Source of the DNA: an uncultured virus (IMG/VR IMGVR_UViG_3300025277_000017) | Lineage: Duplodnaviria; Heunggongvirae; Uroviricota; Caudoviricetes | DNA length: 64,000 bases | Reading direction: 5' to 3' (one strand) | IMG/VR virus record: IMGVR_UViG_3300025277_000017 | Made by a program: the position numbers and the translations under genes | Part shown: piece by piece, positions 25,618-34,528 of the stretch | How positions within the stretch are numbered: position 1 is the stretch's first letter | Layout: every line of letters starts with the position of its first letter | The notes under the pieces: generated by a model | What the model saw: the letters and a program-made list of their open reading frames with translations, nothing else | Database searches by the model: none | Told to the model about the DNA's origin: nothing

Positions 25618-25716
25618 AAGGACAATTAGCGTGACACGTAGAATCAGAAATATCTGGTATAAATTTAAAAAATGGTTAAGATATCAACCTCATAAAACAT
25701 ACTTACGAGGAAAATA

Positions 25717-25950
25717 ATGGTCAAGATATGGCTTCTGTTGATGCTAATGTCTACCCCAAACCAACCATCAGTCAAGTACAACGCGGCGATCTATCCAACG
25801 GAAGATCAATGCATACAGGCACGGGAGGGATTTATGGAGTCATTTGAAGCAAAACCACAGGAATACAAGGATACAATGAGGACGGAAGCTATCTGCATCC
25901 CCTTTGAATCATTCCCCATTAAGGGAATGCCTTCACCTATTGGTGTATGA
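25717..25950 (+). CDS. Small exported/membrane protein with two Cys
   Basis: Hydrophobic N-terminus, GAGG SD. Confidence 0.75.
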   Translation: MVKIWLLLMLMSTPNQPSVKYNAAIYPTEDQCIQAREGFMESFEAKPQEYKDTMRTEAICIPFESFPIKGMPSPIGV

Positions 25951-26144
25951 GAATTATCATTTTACTGTTGGCGCTACTTATGGTAGGGTGCTATGACATG
26001 AATACTTTAAGCGTCAAGCCGTCAACAACCACAGTTACATATGGACAAGACAGGAGCACGGGTGAAAAGGACGCAAAGAATGATGTCTTGACGAATAATA
26101 GAAAGCAGTCATGGACAATTAAACAGGTGTTCAAATGGGAGTAG
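25947..26144 (+). CDS. Small lipoprotein
   Basis: Signal peptide with lipobox LMVGC. Confidence 0.7.
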   Translation: MRIIILLLALLMVGCYDMNTLSVKPSTTTVTYGQDRSTGEKDAKNDVLTNNRKQSWTIKQVFKWE

Positions 26145-26147
26145 ATT

Positions 26148-26513
26148 ATGAACGGACTTAAAATATCATTCGCCGTCGTGGCCTTTGTCCTCGTTCAGGG
26201 GATAGGAGTCATATGGTACATTTCAAAATTGGATTCTCGGGTCGACCAAATGTACGCAAGCTTCGAGGAAGAGAATAAGAAAGAAGTAATAGAGAATCAG
26301 GTCAAGATGAAAATAGATCTGCAAAATTTAATCGCTGATGTCAAGACACTGCAAAAAGAAATGAAGCGAATGAACCAGAAAGACAAGGAGATCGTAAAGC
26401 AAAACCGTTCCATAGAGAAGCAGCACAAGGATCTGTTTAAGTTCCTGAAACAGCAACAACAGGGAATGAACCAGCAGAACGAACAGAAAGGTGGTTATAG
26501 CTATGGTGACTAA
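26148..26513 (+). CDS. TM-anchored coiled-coil protein
   Basis: N-terminal TM then heptad repeats. Confidence 0.75.
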   Translation: MNGLKISFAVVAFVLVQGIGVIWYISKLDSRVDQMYASFEEENKKEVIENQVKMKIDLQNLIADVKTLQKEMKRMNQKDKEIVKQNRSIEKQHKDLFKFLKQQQQGMNQQNEQKGGYSYGD

Positions 26514-26587
26514 TGGACTGGTTTGATAAGTTGATTATAGCCATAGGAATCATAACAGTGATAATATTTGTAATTGTGGTGGTATAA
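26513..26587 (+). CDS. Small membrane peptide (24 aa)
   Basis: MDWFDKLIIAIGIITVIIFVIVVV; TAATG coupling on both sides. Confidence 0.7.
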   Translation: MDWFDKLIIAIGIITVIIFVIVVV

Positions 26588-26994
26588 TGACTGACAGACT
26601 CGATGTATCGGATAAAACAGCGATCAGCATGCCTATGCGCAACCTTTTGGCCATCCTATCGGCCACAGCGGTAGGCGTGTGGGCCTTCTTCGGGATCCAG
26701 GAGCGCTTGAATAACGTAGAAACTCGGGTAACTCTATCCGAATCAGACCTCACGAAAAATACAGAATTTAGAATCAAATGGCCTCGTGGTGAATTAGGCA
26801 GTTTGCCCGCGGACGCTCAGCAGGATCTCCTAATTGAATTTCTTAGTTCTCAAATTGAGTCCATGATGGAAGATATGGAGTCCATGATGAGCAATTCAGT
26901 GAACATAAAGAGAGCGCAGCAGGATATAGAACGATTGCTTAATGATGTAGAAAAGCTTAAAGATAAATTGAGGGAGTCAAATGGAAGTAATTAG
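26587..26994 (+). CDS. TM-anchored coiled-coil protein
   Basis: SMPMRNLLAIL..GVWAFF..NTEFRIKWPRG..LPAD. Confidence 0.75.
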   Translation: MTDRLDVSDKTAISMPMRNLLAILSATAVGVWAFFGIQERLNNVETRVTLSESDLTKNTEFRIKWPRGELGSLPADAQQDLLIEFLSSQIESMMEDMESMMSNSVNIKRAQQDIERLLNDVEKLKDKLRESNGSN

Positions 26995-27295
26995 CGTAAT
27001 CGTCATGTTCATATTTGGAAATATGGATGACCAGGAGCACAGGATGACGCAATACGTTCCAATGGAATCACTGTCATCATGCATGAAGGAAGTAAGAATA
27101 CTCAAGAAAAAGGAAACAGACTATACAAAGAACGCATTCTGCGGACCGGCACTCGTGGAACTGAGTGATGACGGGGAAATATTGACATTACATACGGAGC
27201 TCCCTGAAGGAGCGAAGATGGTGAGGAAAGAAATAAGTAGAGAAGCATTTGAGAGATGGACACTTAGGTCCAAGGAGAAATGGAATAACAAGTAA
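26981..27295 (+). CDS. Small exported/membrane protein with two Cys
   Basis: Hydrophobic N-terminus, SLSSCMK...AFC; GGAG SD. Confidence 0.7.
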   Translation: MEVISVIVMFIFGNMDDQEHRMTQYVPMESLSSCMKEVRILKKKETDYTKNAFCGPALVELSDDGEILTLHTELPEGAKMVRKEISREAFERWTLRSKEKWNNK

Positions 27296-27310
27296 CTATA
27301 AGGAAACTAA

Positions 27311-27514
27311 ATGACTACAGGAAAAATTAAATGGTTTAATCCAGCCAAAGGATATGGATTTATTGAAAACGGAACAGGAGGCAAGGATGTCTTTCTGCAT
27401 GTATCGGCTTTGGAAAAGGCGGGTATTGACACACTAAAAGAAGGAGAAGAGATAGAATTCGATATAGGGGAGAACAAGGGAAAAGAAAACGCCATTAACA
27501 TTAAAAAGATGTAG
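27311..27514 (+). CDS. cspA: Cold-shock protein
   Basis: GKIKWFN..KGYGFI (RNP1), DVFLHVSAL (RNP2). Confidence 0.95.
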   Translation: MTTGKIKWFNPAKGYGFIENGTGGKDVFLHVSALEKAGIDTLKEGEEIEFDIGENKGKENAINIKKM

Positions 27515-27526
27515 GTTTTAGGGTGT

Positions 27527-28003
27527 TTAGTCTTTGCGTGATCCGTACGATTGAATTACTTTCAGCATCGAATGAACGCCATTTCTCCTACCAGGAGTCA
27601 AAAGATTATCAAGGCTCAAACCGTCTAATTCTTTTTCTTCAAAGGATGCTATATCGCTTCTTGTAGAATTACTGAAAACATCAGCAAGAAGGCATACCAT
27701 TCCCTTTGATATCAACGCAGCTGAATCGGCCGTAAAATAAATCTTGTCATCATATGTAAAATGTGGAACCAGCCATGTCTGTGACTGGCAACCTGGGACC
27801 TCAAACTCCGGTAATTTGAACCGCTCCGGCACGATCGCCGACTTCTTCCCGAAGTCCATCAGCCACGTGTAGCGGTCTATCATCTCATCCATGTCATTGA
27901 GCAGGTCTATGTAGGTTTTCAGCTTGCTTTGAATGGTGGATACAGGATCGACATTGGTAATCTTGCAATCCCCCAGAATCTTCATTACCTCTTCAGTCTT
28001 CAT
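27527..28003 (-). CDS. sufE: SufE-like sulfur acceptor
   Basis: RYTWLMDFGK, VPGCQSQTW, ADSAALISKG, LTPGRRNG. Confidence 0.9.
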   Translation of the reverse strand: MKTEEVMKILGDCKITNVDPVSTIQSKLKTYIDLLNDMDEMIDRYTWLMDFGKKSAIVPERFKLPEFEVPGCQSQTWLVPHFTYDDKIYFTADSAALISKGMVCLLADVFSNSTRSDIASFEEKELDGLSLDNLLTPGRRNGVHSMLKVIQSYGSRKD

Positions 28004-28293
28004 TACCCACTTCCTTTCAAAATTTTATTTACATAATCGTTAATGGGCTCAAGCTTGTCCTGCATCTCTTCAGATGGGGTTCTCTCTTCCTTCTGCCTGA
28101 TGGAATCTTTTAACCCCATATCAAGTAACTCCTTTTCCTCCAGCATTTTGGTATAAAAATCTTTTGGCTCATATAAAAATTTTGTGTAGCAGTATTCACA
28201 TACGGCCTTGTTCTCCTTGTCCACTGTGTACCACACAATAGGATGGTCATCGCCGCATGAAAATGTTTTGGTATGAATTACTTTGGGTTTCAT
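28003..28293 (-). CDS. zf-CHCC-type zinc-finger protein
   Basis: FSC..DHPIVW..AVCEYC. Confidence 0.75.
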   Translation of the reverse strand: MKPKVIHTKTFSCGDDHPIVWYTVDKENKAVCEYCYTKFLYEPKDFYTKMLEEKELLDMGLKDSIRQKEERTPSEEMQDKLEPINDYVNKILKGSG

Positions 28294-28295
28294 TT

Positions 28296-28400
28296 TTAAT
28301 ATCCGGTGAGAAAATGATTAGGATATTTAATCTGCATGTATGTGACAAATACCATGTATGATACAACGGCAAGAAATAAAACTAGAATAAAATATTTCAT
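28296..28400 (-). CDS. Small membrane peptide (34 aa)
   Basis: MKYFILVLFLAVVSYMVFVTYMQIKYPNHFLTGY. Confidence 0.6.
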   Translation of the reverse strand: MKYFILVLFLAVVSYMVFVTYMQIKYPNHFLTGY

Positions 28401-28528
28401 TTTTTATTTTTCTGTTTGTACCACTTTGTGTTTTTTTTGTTCCATCGTTTGTGCCATGCCCAGCAGCTTAGCATGCCCCCATAATGCTCGCATAGGTAAT
28501 AAAAATAATTTTTAATTTTCTTGATCAT
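28397..28528 (-). CDS. Small basic protein (43 aa)
   Basis: MIKKIKNYFYYLCEHYGGMLSCWAWHKRW...; GGAG SD, ATGA coupling. Confidence 0.6.
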   Translation of the reverse strand: MIKKIKNYFYYLCEHYGGMLSCWAWHKRWNKKNTKWYKQKNKK

Positions 28529-28817
28529 AGTTACACTCCGGTTCCATTTTTATGCACGCAATTGTGTTCTGTGAATCATTAAAACCATCAGGCGGAATTA
28601 CAAGTGGGTTTGATTTCGCCACCACTTCCTTATCTTTCCATGGCCAGTTCAACGTTGTGCACCCAGCCAGTAGGCCAAAGAGCAAAAACACTAAAATGAG
28701 TAAAATACCCGGGTACAACAGGTACCGGGAACCCCTTAAACCCCGATATAGGCGAGATATGAGCTTTTTTATTTGGCTCAATACGGTCTTTTCTTCCCCT
28801 GGGTCCCAAACGTCCAT
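28512..28817 (-). CDS. Putative lipoprotein
   Basis: Start reassigned to MDVWDPGEE (TAATG); TM, lipobox LAGC, NPLVIPP. Confidence 0.65.
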   Translation of the reverse strand: MDVWDPGEEKTVLSQIKKLISRLYRGLRGSRYLLYPGILLILVFLLFGLLAGCTTLNWPWKDKEVVAKSNPLVIPPDGFNDSQNTIACIKMEPECNYDQEN

Positions 28818-29008
28818 TACTCGTCTTTCTTCTCCTTGAACAGTTCCAAAGTCCAATTGCACTGCTGGATTGCTCCTTGTAAACCATTTATAGTGGCTTC
28901 CATGTTTCTTATTGCGTCTCTCCCCTGGCTTATTTTTGCCGTAAGATCATCAAGCTGCTTTTGCAGTTCTGATTTTCTTTTTTCAACGTCTTCTTTTTCC
29001 GGTCTCAT
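28817..29008 (-). CDS. Coiled-coil protein
   Basis: 63 aa, GGAGG SD. Confidence 0.75.
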   Translation of the reverse strand: MRPEKEDVEKRKSELQKQLDDLTAKISQGRDAIRNMEATINGLQGAIQQCNWTLELFKEKKDE

Positions 29009-29121
29009 TATTTCCTCCTCAGTTTTAATCCCAAGCGGGCACGCCTTCGGTTCTTTCTCTTATTAGATCCAACCTTGCGTCTCCCCTTGTGTCTCTTTCT
29101 TTTCAGGTCCGCCTTGCTCAC
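29008..29121 (-). CDS. Very basic peptide (37 aa)
   Basis: MSKADLKRKRHKGRRKVGSNKRKNRRRARLGLKLRRK; GTGA and TAATG coupling. Confidence 0.65.
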   Translation of the reverse strand: MSKADLKRKRHKGRRKVGSNKRKNRRRARLGLKLRRK

Positions 29122-29393
29122 GGTCCTACGTATTTCTCCTTATACTTCTCAGAAATCTCCGTAGAGCAATACGGACCGCATAAAAAGTTAATCTTATATT
29201 CAAGAGAAGGATACCACGCCTTAGAGAGCGTATACTTCCATTCATTCCCGTCAAACCATGTATTGCAGTTGAAGCATTTGAACTCCGGCGCCGTGCCACC
29301 TTCAGGACCCGGTCGTACATGTTTTGTATCATAGTCAACACCTTTCTTATACCCCACAGAGGCCTTCGCATTCATCCGCAAACTCCTCATCAA
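29118..29393 (-). CDS. Zinc-binding protein (CxxC...FLCGPYC)
   Basis: Four Cys; true start probably ~29360. Confidence 0.65.
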   Translation of the reverse strand: MMRSLRMNAKASVGYKKGVDYDTKHVRPGPEGGTAPEFKCFNCNTWFDGNEWKYTLSKAWYPSLEYKINFLCGPYCSTEISEKYKEKYVGP

Positions 29394-30432
29394 AGGTATT
29401 AAACAATTCCTTTTGCTTGGGTGGTTCTAGAAAATTCATGCTTCGAAGTGGAACAGCTTTCTTGTGCAAAAACAGTTCAGCTGTTGTATTTTTTAATCCA
29501 TGTCTTATGGCGTCATCAACCTCGCATGCGTCCTCCCAATCCTTGGGGTAGTTCTTCTGCATGTTCTTCCACTGATCATTGTGGTGATAAGGACACCCTA
29601 TGCACGAGGACTTGCCTGGCATAGGATGCTTTTTAATGTCACGGTACCACTGTAAGCAGTCCGCTCTTGACATCTTCATCTCGATCAATGGCCAACGGGA
29701 TTCCAACCATGGAAGCCTAGCTTTCTTCATTCTCATTGCTTCATCTGTGGATATGCCAATCCATTGTTCGACGATTGTTCCTTTCTTAACCCGGTGTCGT
29801 GGTTTGATACCGAGCAACTCCCTCATCTTTTTCTGGATGGGGATAACTTTATAATCATGTGTACATTGCCTGTAGAGCATTCCAACCTTTCCACCTGGAC
29901 GTGCCGCAAACAGTGGTGGATTTGGAACCCTTCCGGCAAAAGACTTCCATTCCTCGTTGGATCCTTTCACTGGATTGGCTGCTCTAATGAGGTCTTCTCT
30001 TAAATTGCTTCTTTCCACCGTGTAAATGGGGCAAATCGTGATGGCTTTTTTGAGATATTCCACGTGCTCATAGACAAAGGATGGTTCCCATCCAGTGTCA
30101 GCGAATATCATGCAGTCCGGTTTGTGCTTTGTCAGTCCTTCTTGAGCCATGAGTGCGAGACAGGAAGACTGTACCCCTGCGCCGAGCGATAATACACGCA
30201 TTGTGGGCTCTTTTTCTTTTCCTTCCTCGTCTTTGTATACTGGCTCATGCGTTGCCGCAACCGCTGCCATGTTATTGAGCTTTCTGCGGTCAACCTTGTG
30301 AGACATTTCTTCCAAAAGCTTACGCCTTTCATATTCCATCTGCTCCTGGTTTATAGCGAATCCTGGCTTAGTGGGGCTATTGGTATAGCCTTTTTTCTTC
30401 CCTTGTTCCCTATAACCTACTTTTCTATTCAT
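29347..30432 (-). CDS. PAPS-reductase/adenine nucleotide alpha-hydrolase family protein
   Basis: VLSLGAGVQSS, FADTGWE, RQCT..YK, IGISTDE, KSSCIGCPY, ECEGLC. Confidence 0.8.
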   Translation of the reverse strand: MNRKVGYREQGKKKGYTNSPTKPGFAINQEQMEYERRKLLEEMSHKVDRRKLNNMAAVAATHEPVYKDEEGKEKEPTMRVLSLGAGVQSSCLALMAQEGLTKHKPDCMIFADTGWEPSFVYEHVEYLKKAITICPIYTVERSNLREDLIRAANPVKGSNEEWKSFAGRVPNPPLFAARPGGKVGMLYRQCTHDYKVIPIQKKMRELLGIKPRHRVKKGTIVEQWIGISTDEAMRMKKARLPWLESRWPLIEMKMSRADCLQWYRDIKKHPMPGKSSCIGCPYHHNDQWKNMQKNYPKDWEDACEVDDAIRHGLKNTTAELFLHKKAVPLRSMNFLEPPKQKELFNTFDEEFADECEGLCGV

Positions 30433-30474
30433 TATTTCTTCCTATATTGTATACTATTTTATGGCTTAAATCAA

Positions 30475-32343
30475 TCATTTTGCGTGACCCCAACTTTGGT
30501 CAATCTTATACTCTACTTTGGAAGGAACTTCAAGCGCTACGCAGGTCTCCATAATTTCCTTTATTTTTTCCCCTTCTTCTTTACTTTTGACGCTGCAATT
30601 CAGCTCATCATGAACCTGTATTAGGGGAACAGCCCCCAATTTCTCATATATATCAACCATTGCCTTTTTGGTTTGGTCCGCAGCGGAACCTTGAATCAAT
30701 CTGTTAAGGGCCTTATAGGTTCCCGCTCTCTTGACTGTGGTATATTCAGCTTGCGCCTGCTTCAGTGGCAATGCTCGGTTAAATTCCCTAGTGAACCAAG
30801 CTGGTTCGTAAAGATCGAATCGGCATTTTCTTCCAAGAAGGGTTCTGATGGTTCCAACGGCACTTGCTCTATTCATCACATCTTCCAGCATTTCCTGCAT
30901 GAAAGGAACCTTTATTCTAAATTCCTTTAAAATATTCTTTGCTTCCATTGGTGTAATGTCCAAATCAACTGCCATTTTCTTGTACCCCATTCCATACATT
31001 ACCCCTAGACCTATAGTCTTTGCCAATTTTCTAGGAATATCAGCCATATCAGCTGTTTGCTGATGGAAATCAAGATCCTTTTCCCTGTAGGCTTCCTGTA
31101 CCTCAACAGCTCCATCATTCTTGTTAAGAACAGCGAAGTGGGTTAAAAGCCTAGGTTCCTGCTGTGAATAATCAGCTGAAAGCCACTGTTCCCCCTCCTC
31201 AGGAATGAAAATCTTTCTTATTTCTATACCCATTTCCCCCCTGATTGGAATCTGCTGTAAGTTGGGACAGTACATGGAGAATCTTCCAGTAACCGTTCCC
31301 CCACTATCCCCCCTAATTTGATTTATATGTGCGTGTATCCTGTCATTGTGTATATATTTGGCTATACCATCTATGAATGTACCCTGTAACTTGTTGAATA
31401 TCCTCGCCTTGGTAATAAGACGTGGAAGCTCATGCTCGTGGGTTTCCAAGAATGTCTGGGTAAAACTGGGTGCCTTTGTTTTTTCCGTCATTGGATATTC
31501 CAAATTAAGGGAATTAAACGCCTTCGCGACTGACCTCGCTGACCACAAATCCACATAAGATCCTGTTAAGTCTTTCACTCTTTTTAAAATTTTTTTCTCT
31601 TTGTTTCTAAGCTTATTCTTTAGAGCAAAGGCTTTTGTCATGTCAACCCTCACTCCTTTCTTTGTCATATTGAATATGACGTTAATAAGGCGGCATTCTA
31701 TGTCATAGATGCTCTGAAGAGATTCTTTTTCTATTTCAATCTTTAATCTTTCATGCAGTTGCAAAGTCAACCTTGCATCCGCTTCAGCGTATTCCCCCAC
31801 AAATTGCGCGTTCATTTTGTACATCTCACTCTTGGGATCCAGTCCCAATTCAGCCGCAGCTTTCTTGAGTGTTGCTTCGTTTTTGTACTCTCCTAGGTAT
31901 TGGGACACTATGCTATTAAGTGTATATGAAAATCTATTCTCATCAATAAGGGCTGACGCAATCATTGTATCATGTATGTATCCTTTTACTTCTATTCCTA
32001 TTCTCCACAGCCACCCAATGTCATACTGCGCATTATGAAACACTTTGTCTATTGAATCGTCTTCACATACAGATTTAATGTATTTTAGGACAGCTTCCTT
32101 GTCCATGTTTCCGCCACCATCATGATCAATGGGATAATAGGCACTGAAATGTCCATCAGATATGGCAATACCTATAACCTTTCCTATGCCTCGTGGCCAA
32201 CCTGGGCCCATTTTCTTCAGATCTGTATCGCAAGTCTCCAAGTCCACAGCCACTACGGGTCTTTCCTTCATGGATGGAAATTCAGTAGGATGAACCCACT
32301 CTGATTTTATAGTGTTAGCAAAGATAAATTCATTTTGTTTCAT
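30475..32343 (-). CDS. polA: Family A DNA polymerase with 3'-5' exonuclease
   Basis: DLET, HNAQYD, TGRFS..PNLQQIP, DYSQQEPR, AKTIGLGVMYG, QVHDE. Confidence 0.95.
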   Translation of the reverse strand: MKQNEFIFANTIKSEWVHPTEFPSMKERPVVAVDLETCDTDLKKMGPGWPRGIGKVIGIAISDGHFSAYYPIDHDGGGNMDKEAVLKYIKSVCEDDSIDKVFHNAQYDIGWLWRIGIEVKGYIHDTMIASALIDENRFSYTLNSIVSQYLGEYKNEATLKKAAAELGLDPKSEMYKMNAQFVGEYAEADARLTLQLHERLKIEIEKESLQSIYDIECRLINVIFNMTKKGVRVDMTKAFALKNKLRNKEKKILKRVKDLTGSYVDLWSARSVAKAFNSLNLEYPMTEKTKAPSFTQTFLETHEHELPRLITKARIFNKLQGTFIDGIAKYIHNDRIHAHINQIRGDSGGTVTGRFSMYCPNLQQIPIRGEMGIEIRKIFIPEEGEQWLSADYSQQEPRLLTHFAVLNKNDGAVEVQEAYREKDLDFHQQTADMADIPRKLAKTIGLGVMYGMGYKKMAVDLDITPMEAKNILKEFRIKVPFMQEMLEDVMNRASAVGTIRTLLGRKCRFDLYEPAWFTREFNRALPLKQAQAEYTTVKRAGTYKALNRLIQGSAADQTKKAMVDIYEKLGAVPLIQVHDELNCSVKSKEEGEKIKEIMETCVALEVPSKVEYKIDQSWGHAK

Positions 32344-32620
32344 TTTTTTCCTTATTGAGTTTTTTGATATGTTTTCTGGTCACTTCTCCCATTAGCTCAC
32401 CGCGAGATTTCTTGGGGGTGTACTGATCTTCCAAGAGCAATTCAGCATAGTGGATAACTTTTTCCACGTCCTGTTTTCCCCCCTTGATACTGTGCCTGGT
32501 GATATACTTGACAATGTTTCCTTCATACCAACCAAGCTTATTCTTAACGATATAGTGGCTAGGCTGGATTGCCATTCTTTTATAATGGTCTCCTCCTATC
32601 TGTTTTTTATGGGCACTCAT
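32330..32620 (-). CDS. DUF3310/T7 gp1.7-like protein
   Basis: QIGGDHYK, EGNIVKYITR, KGGKQDVEKVIHY. Confidence 0.8.
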   Translation of the reverse strand: MSAHKKQIGGDHYKRMAIQPSHYIVKNKLGWYEGNIVKYITRHSIKGGKQDVEKVIHYAELLLEDQYTPKKSRGELMGEVTRKHIKKLNKEKNETK

Positions 32621-34122
32621 ATTTTGAATCCCCCATAGTTTTGTGGTTCTATTATATGCAGTTGTTCTTTTGCGCGTGTTACCCCCACATAAAAGACTCT
32701 GTGCGTATCGTCTGGATTGACTTCCATTTCCTCCCTGTTGGCGCGGGAAAGATCCGTGAACAGCATAACGTTATCACACTCTCCACCCTTGGCCATGTGA
32801 ATGGTGCTTAAGTTAATGAGAGGATCAGAGGATAAAGTCTTGTTAACCTTTTCCAACGATCGTATGTACTCTATATTTCTATTTCCTATTTTCTCAAACA
32901 CCACATCCCAAGGCGTGCCGGACGCACACAATCCATGGTGCATCGTTAATTCTTCAACACCATACATTTTATCTTCACTTAATGTGTTCAAATTCTTATA
33001 GCCCCTTTCAACACCAATCTTGGTTGGTAGGTAACTGTATATGTAAGATACCTCATCATAGGAAAGTTCATCACCCTCGTTCAGTTTTTTCCATGCATCT
33101 ATGGCTGACAGTATTTCTTTCTTGACTGGAAGCTTATTATTTTTCTTGTATGCCAATCCCTGTTGTCTTAGGTTTTCCTCAATCTCATTCAACATATATC
33201 CGCACGGAGCCAGGACAAGCCATTTTCCTATGCTTAAATCAATGGGATCAGGATATGCATGTAATTCAGCTACACCATGTACATTTCTTGGCAGCCATTC
33301 CTTATCCCTTCTATTGTCTATTCTTTTTACTATCGAGTCCGCAATTCTGTGAACAGCGCGAGGACATCTATAAGAGTGTTTAAGGATGGTTACATTCCCT
33401 TCCATATTTATGAAATGTTCAATACTAGCGCCTGCCCACCTAAAGATGGCTTGGTCATCATCCCCGCTTATGTAAACTCTCTTGGCATTCTTCCATATTT
33501 TGGAGCACATTTTCCACTGTAAATTGGTTAGATCCTGTGCTTCATCAATGAATACCACTTCCAACTTTGGGGTAGGTCCCGTCTCGATCCACAGAGAAAG
33601 CATGTCAGTGAAATCATGCTTGTTATTACCATGTTTATAATCCTCTAACGCCCTGTAAGCCATTAATAGCTCATACCAGTTAAAATTAAAATTATGTTTA
33701 TTATAGAATTCTTCCAGTTCCATGCATTGATTTCTGCATTTATTTATTTCCCTTAATAGCTTGTTGTCTGTTGTAATTATTCCTGTATCTTCCCAGTCCT
33801 GAGTGACAAATTCCAGGTCAACACCAGACTCAGCCGAGAATGATTTGTAATCTTTTGGGTTCATTATTTCCGTTTTTGCCATTCCTAGTTGCCTTTTTCC
33901 AAATGCGTGTAGTGTACAGAAGTAAGGCAAGTCATCATCAGTCAAGCTAAATTTTTCTTTGGCCCTATCACGTGCTTCATTAGTAGCTTTGGTAGTAAAA
34001 CTGAAGAATCCAATTTCATTTGAATCAGCAGTCTTCTCCTTTAGCTCCCGGTCCACTATCCGCAGAAGTTCCTCAGTTTTCCCCGTGCCGGGTGGGCCTA
34101 GTATGATGTTAATTTCTGGCAT
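32617..34122 (-). CDS. UvrD/SF1 helicase
   Basis: GPPGTGKT, FIDEAQD, GDDDQAIF, STIHMAKGGE, YVGVTRAK; start reassigned to MPEIN. Confidence 0.9.
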   Translation of the reverse strand: MPEINIILGPPGTGKTEELLRIVDRELKEKTADSNEIGFFSFTTKATNEARDRAKEKFSLTDDDLPYFCTLHAFGKRQLGMAKTEIMNPKDYKSFSAESGVDLEFVTQDWEDTGIITTDNKLLREINKCRNQCMELEEFYNKHNFNFNWYELLMAYRALEDYKHGNNKHDFTDMLSLWIETGPTPKLEVVFIDEAQDLTNLQWKMCSKIWKNAKRVYISGDDDQAIFRWAGASIEHFINMEGNVTILKHSYRCPRAVHRIADSIVKRIDNRRDKEWLPRNVHGVAELHAYPDPIDLSIGKWLVLAPCGYMLNEIEENLRQQGLAYKKNNKLPVKKEILSAIDAWKKLNEGDELSYDEVSYIYSYLPTKIGVERGYKNLNTLSEDKMYGVEELTMHHGLCASGTPWDVVFEKIGNRNIEYIRSLEKVNKTLSSDPLINLSTIHMAKGGECDNVMLFTDLSRANREEMEVNPDDTHRVFYVGVTRAKEQLHIIEPQNYGGFKI

Positions 34123-34528
34123 CTCTAATTCTTTTCTCCTCCGTTCTATGACAATTGGCGCATAGTACAATGCATTTCATCCATTCTTTTTTCATTTTCT
34201 TAAACTGTTGCCAACTTGTTCTCCAAAAAGAAGAGACAGGTCTTTCTTTTTTTTCTGGATTTATATGGTGATAGTCTAACCTTTCTGGATATTTTTTAAA
34301 TTTTTTATTGCAGTGAGAACACCCAAGTTTGGTTTTGGATGCATTATACAAAGCTGTTATTGCATCATAAACTTTTTTCTTATTAGCTTTGTGATATGAC
34401 CTTTGCCTTTCAAATGCTTCAGGACTTCTAAAATCTGCATACTTCTTTCCTCTTTTCATAGTGTATCCAACAAATATATATCCATCTTCTCTTTTATCAC
34501 CGTATTTTAAGTTAGAACGGTATGTCAT
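34109..34528 (-). CDS. HNH endonuclease
   Basis: CSHC..LDYHHINP..LCANCH; sits between primase and helicase. Confidence 0.8.
   Translation of the reverse strand: MTYRSNLKYGDKREDGYIFVGYTMKRGKKYADFRSPEAFERQRSYHKANKKKVYDAITALYNASKTKLGCSHCNKKFKKYPERLDYHHINPEKKERPVSSFWRTSWQQFKKMKKEWMKCIVLCANCHRTEEKRIRDARN

Noticed and set aside
34109..34528. Intron-encoded homing endonuclease
   Set aside because: Flanking primase and helicase genes are each intact; the HNH gene is free-standing
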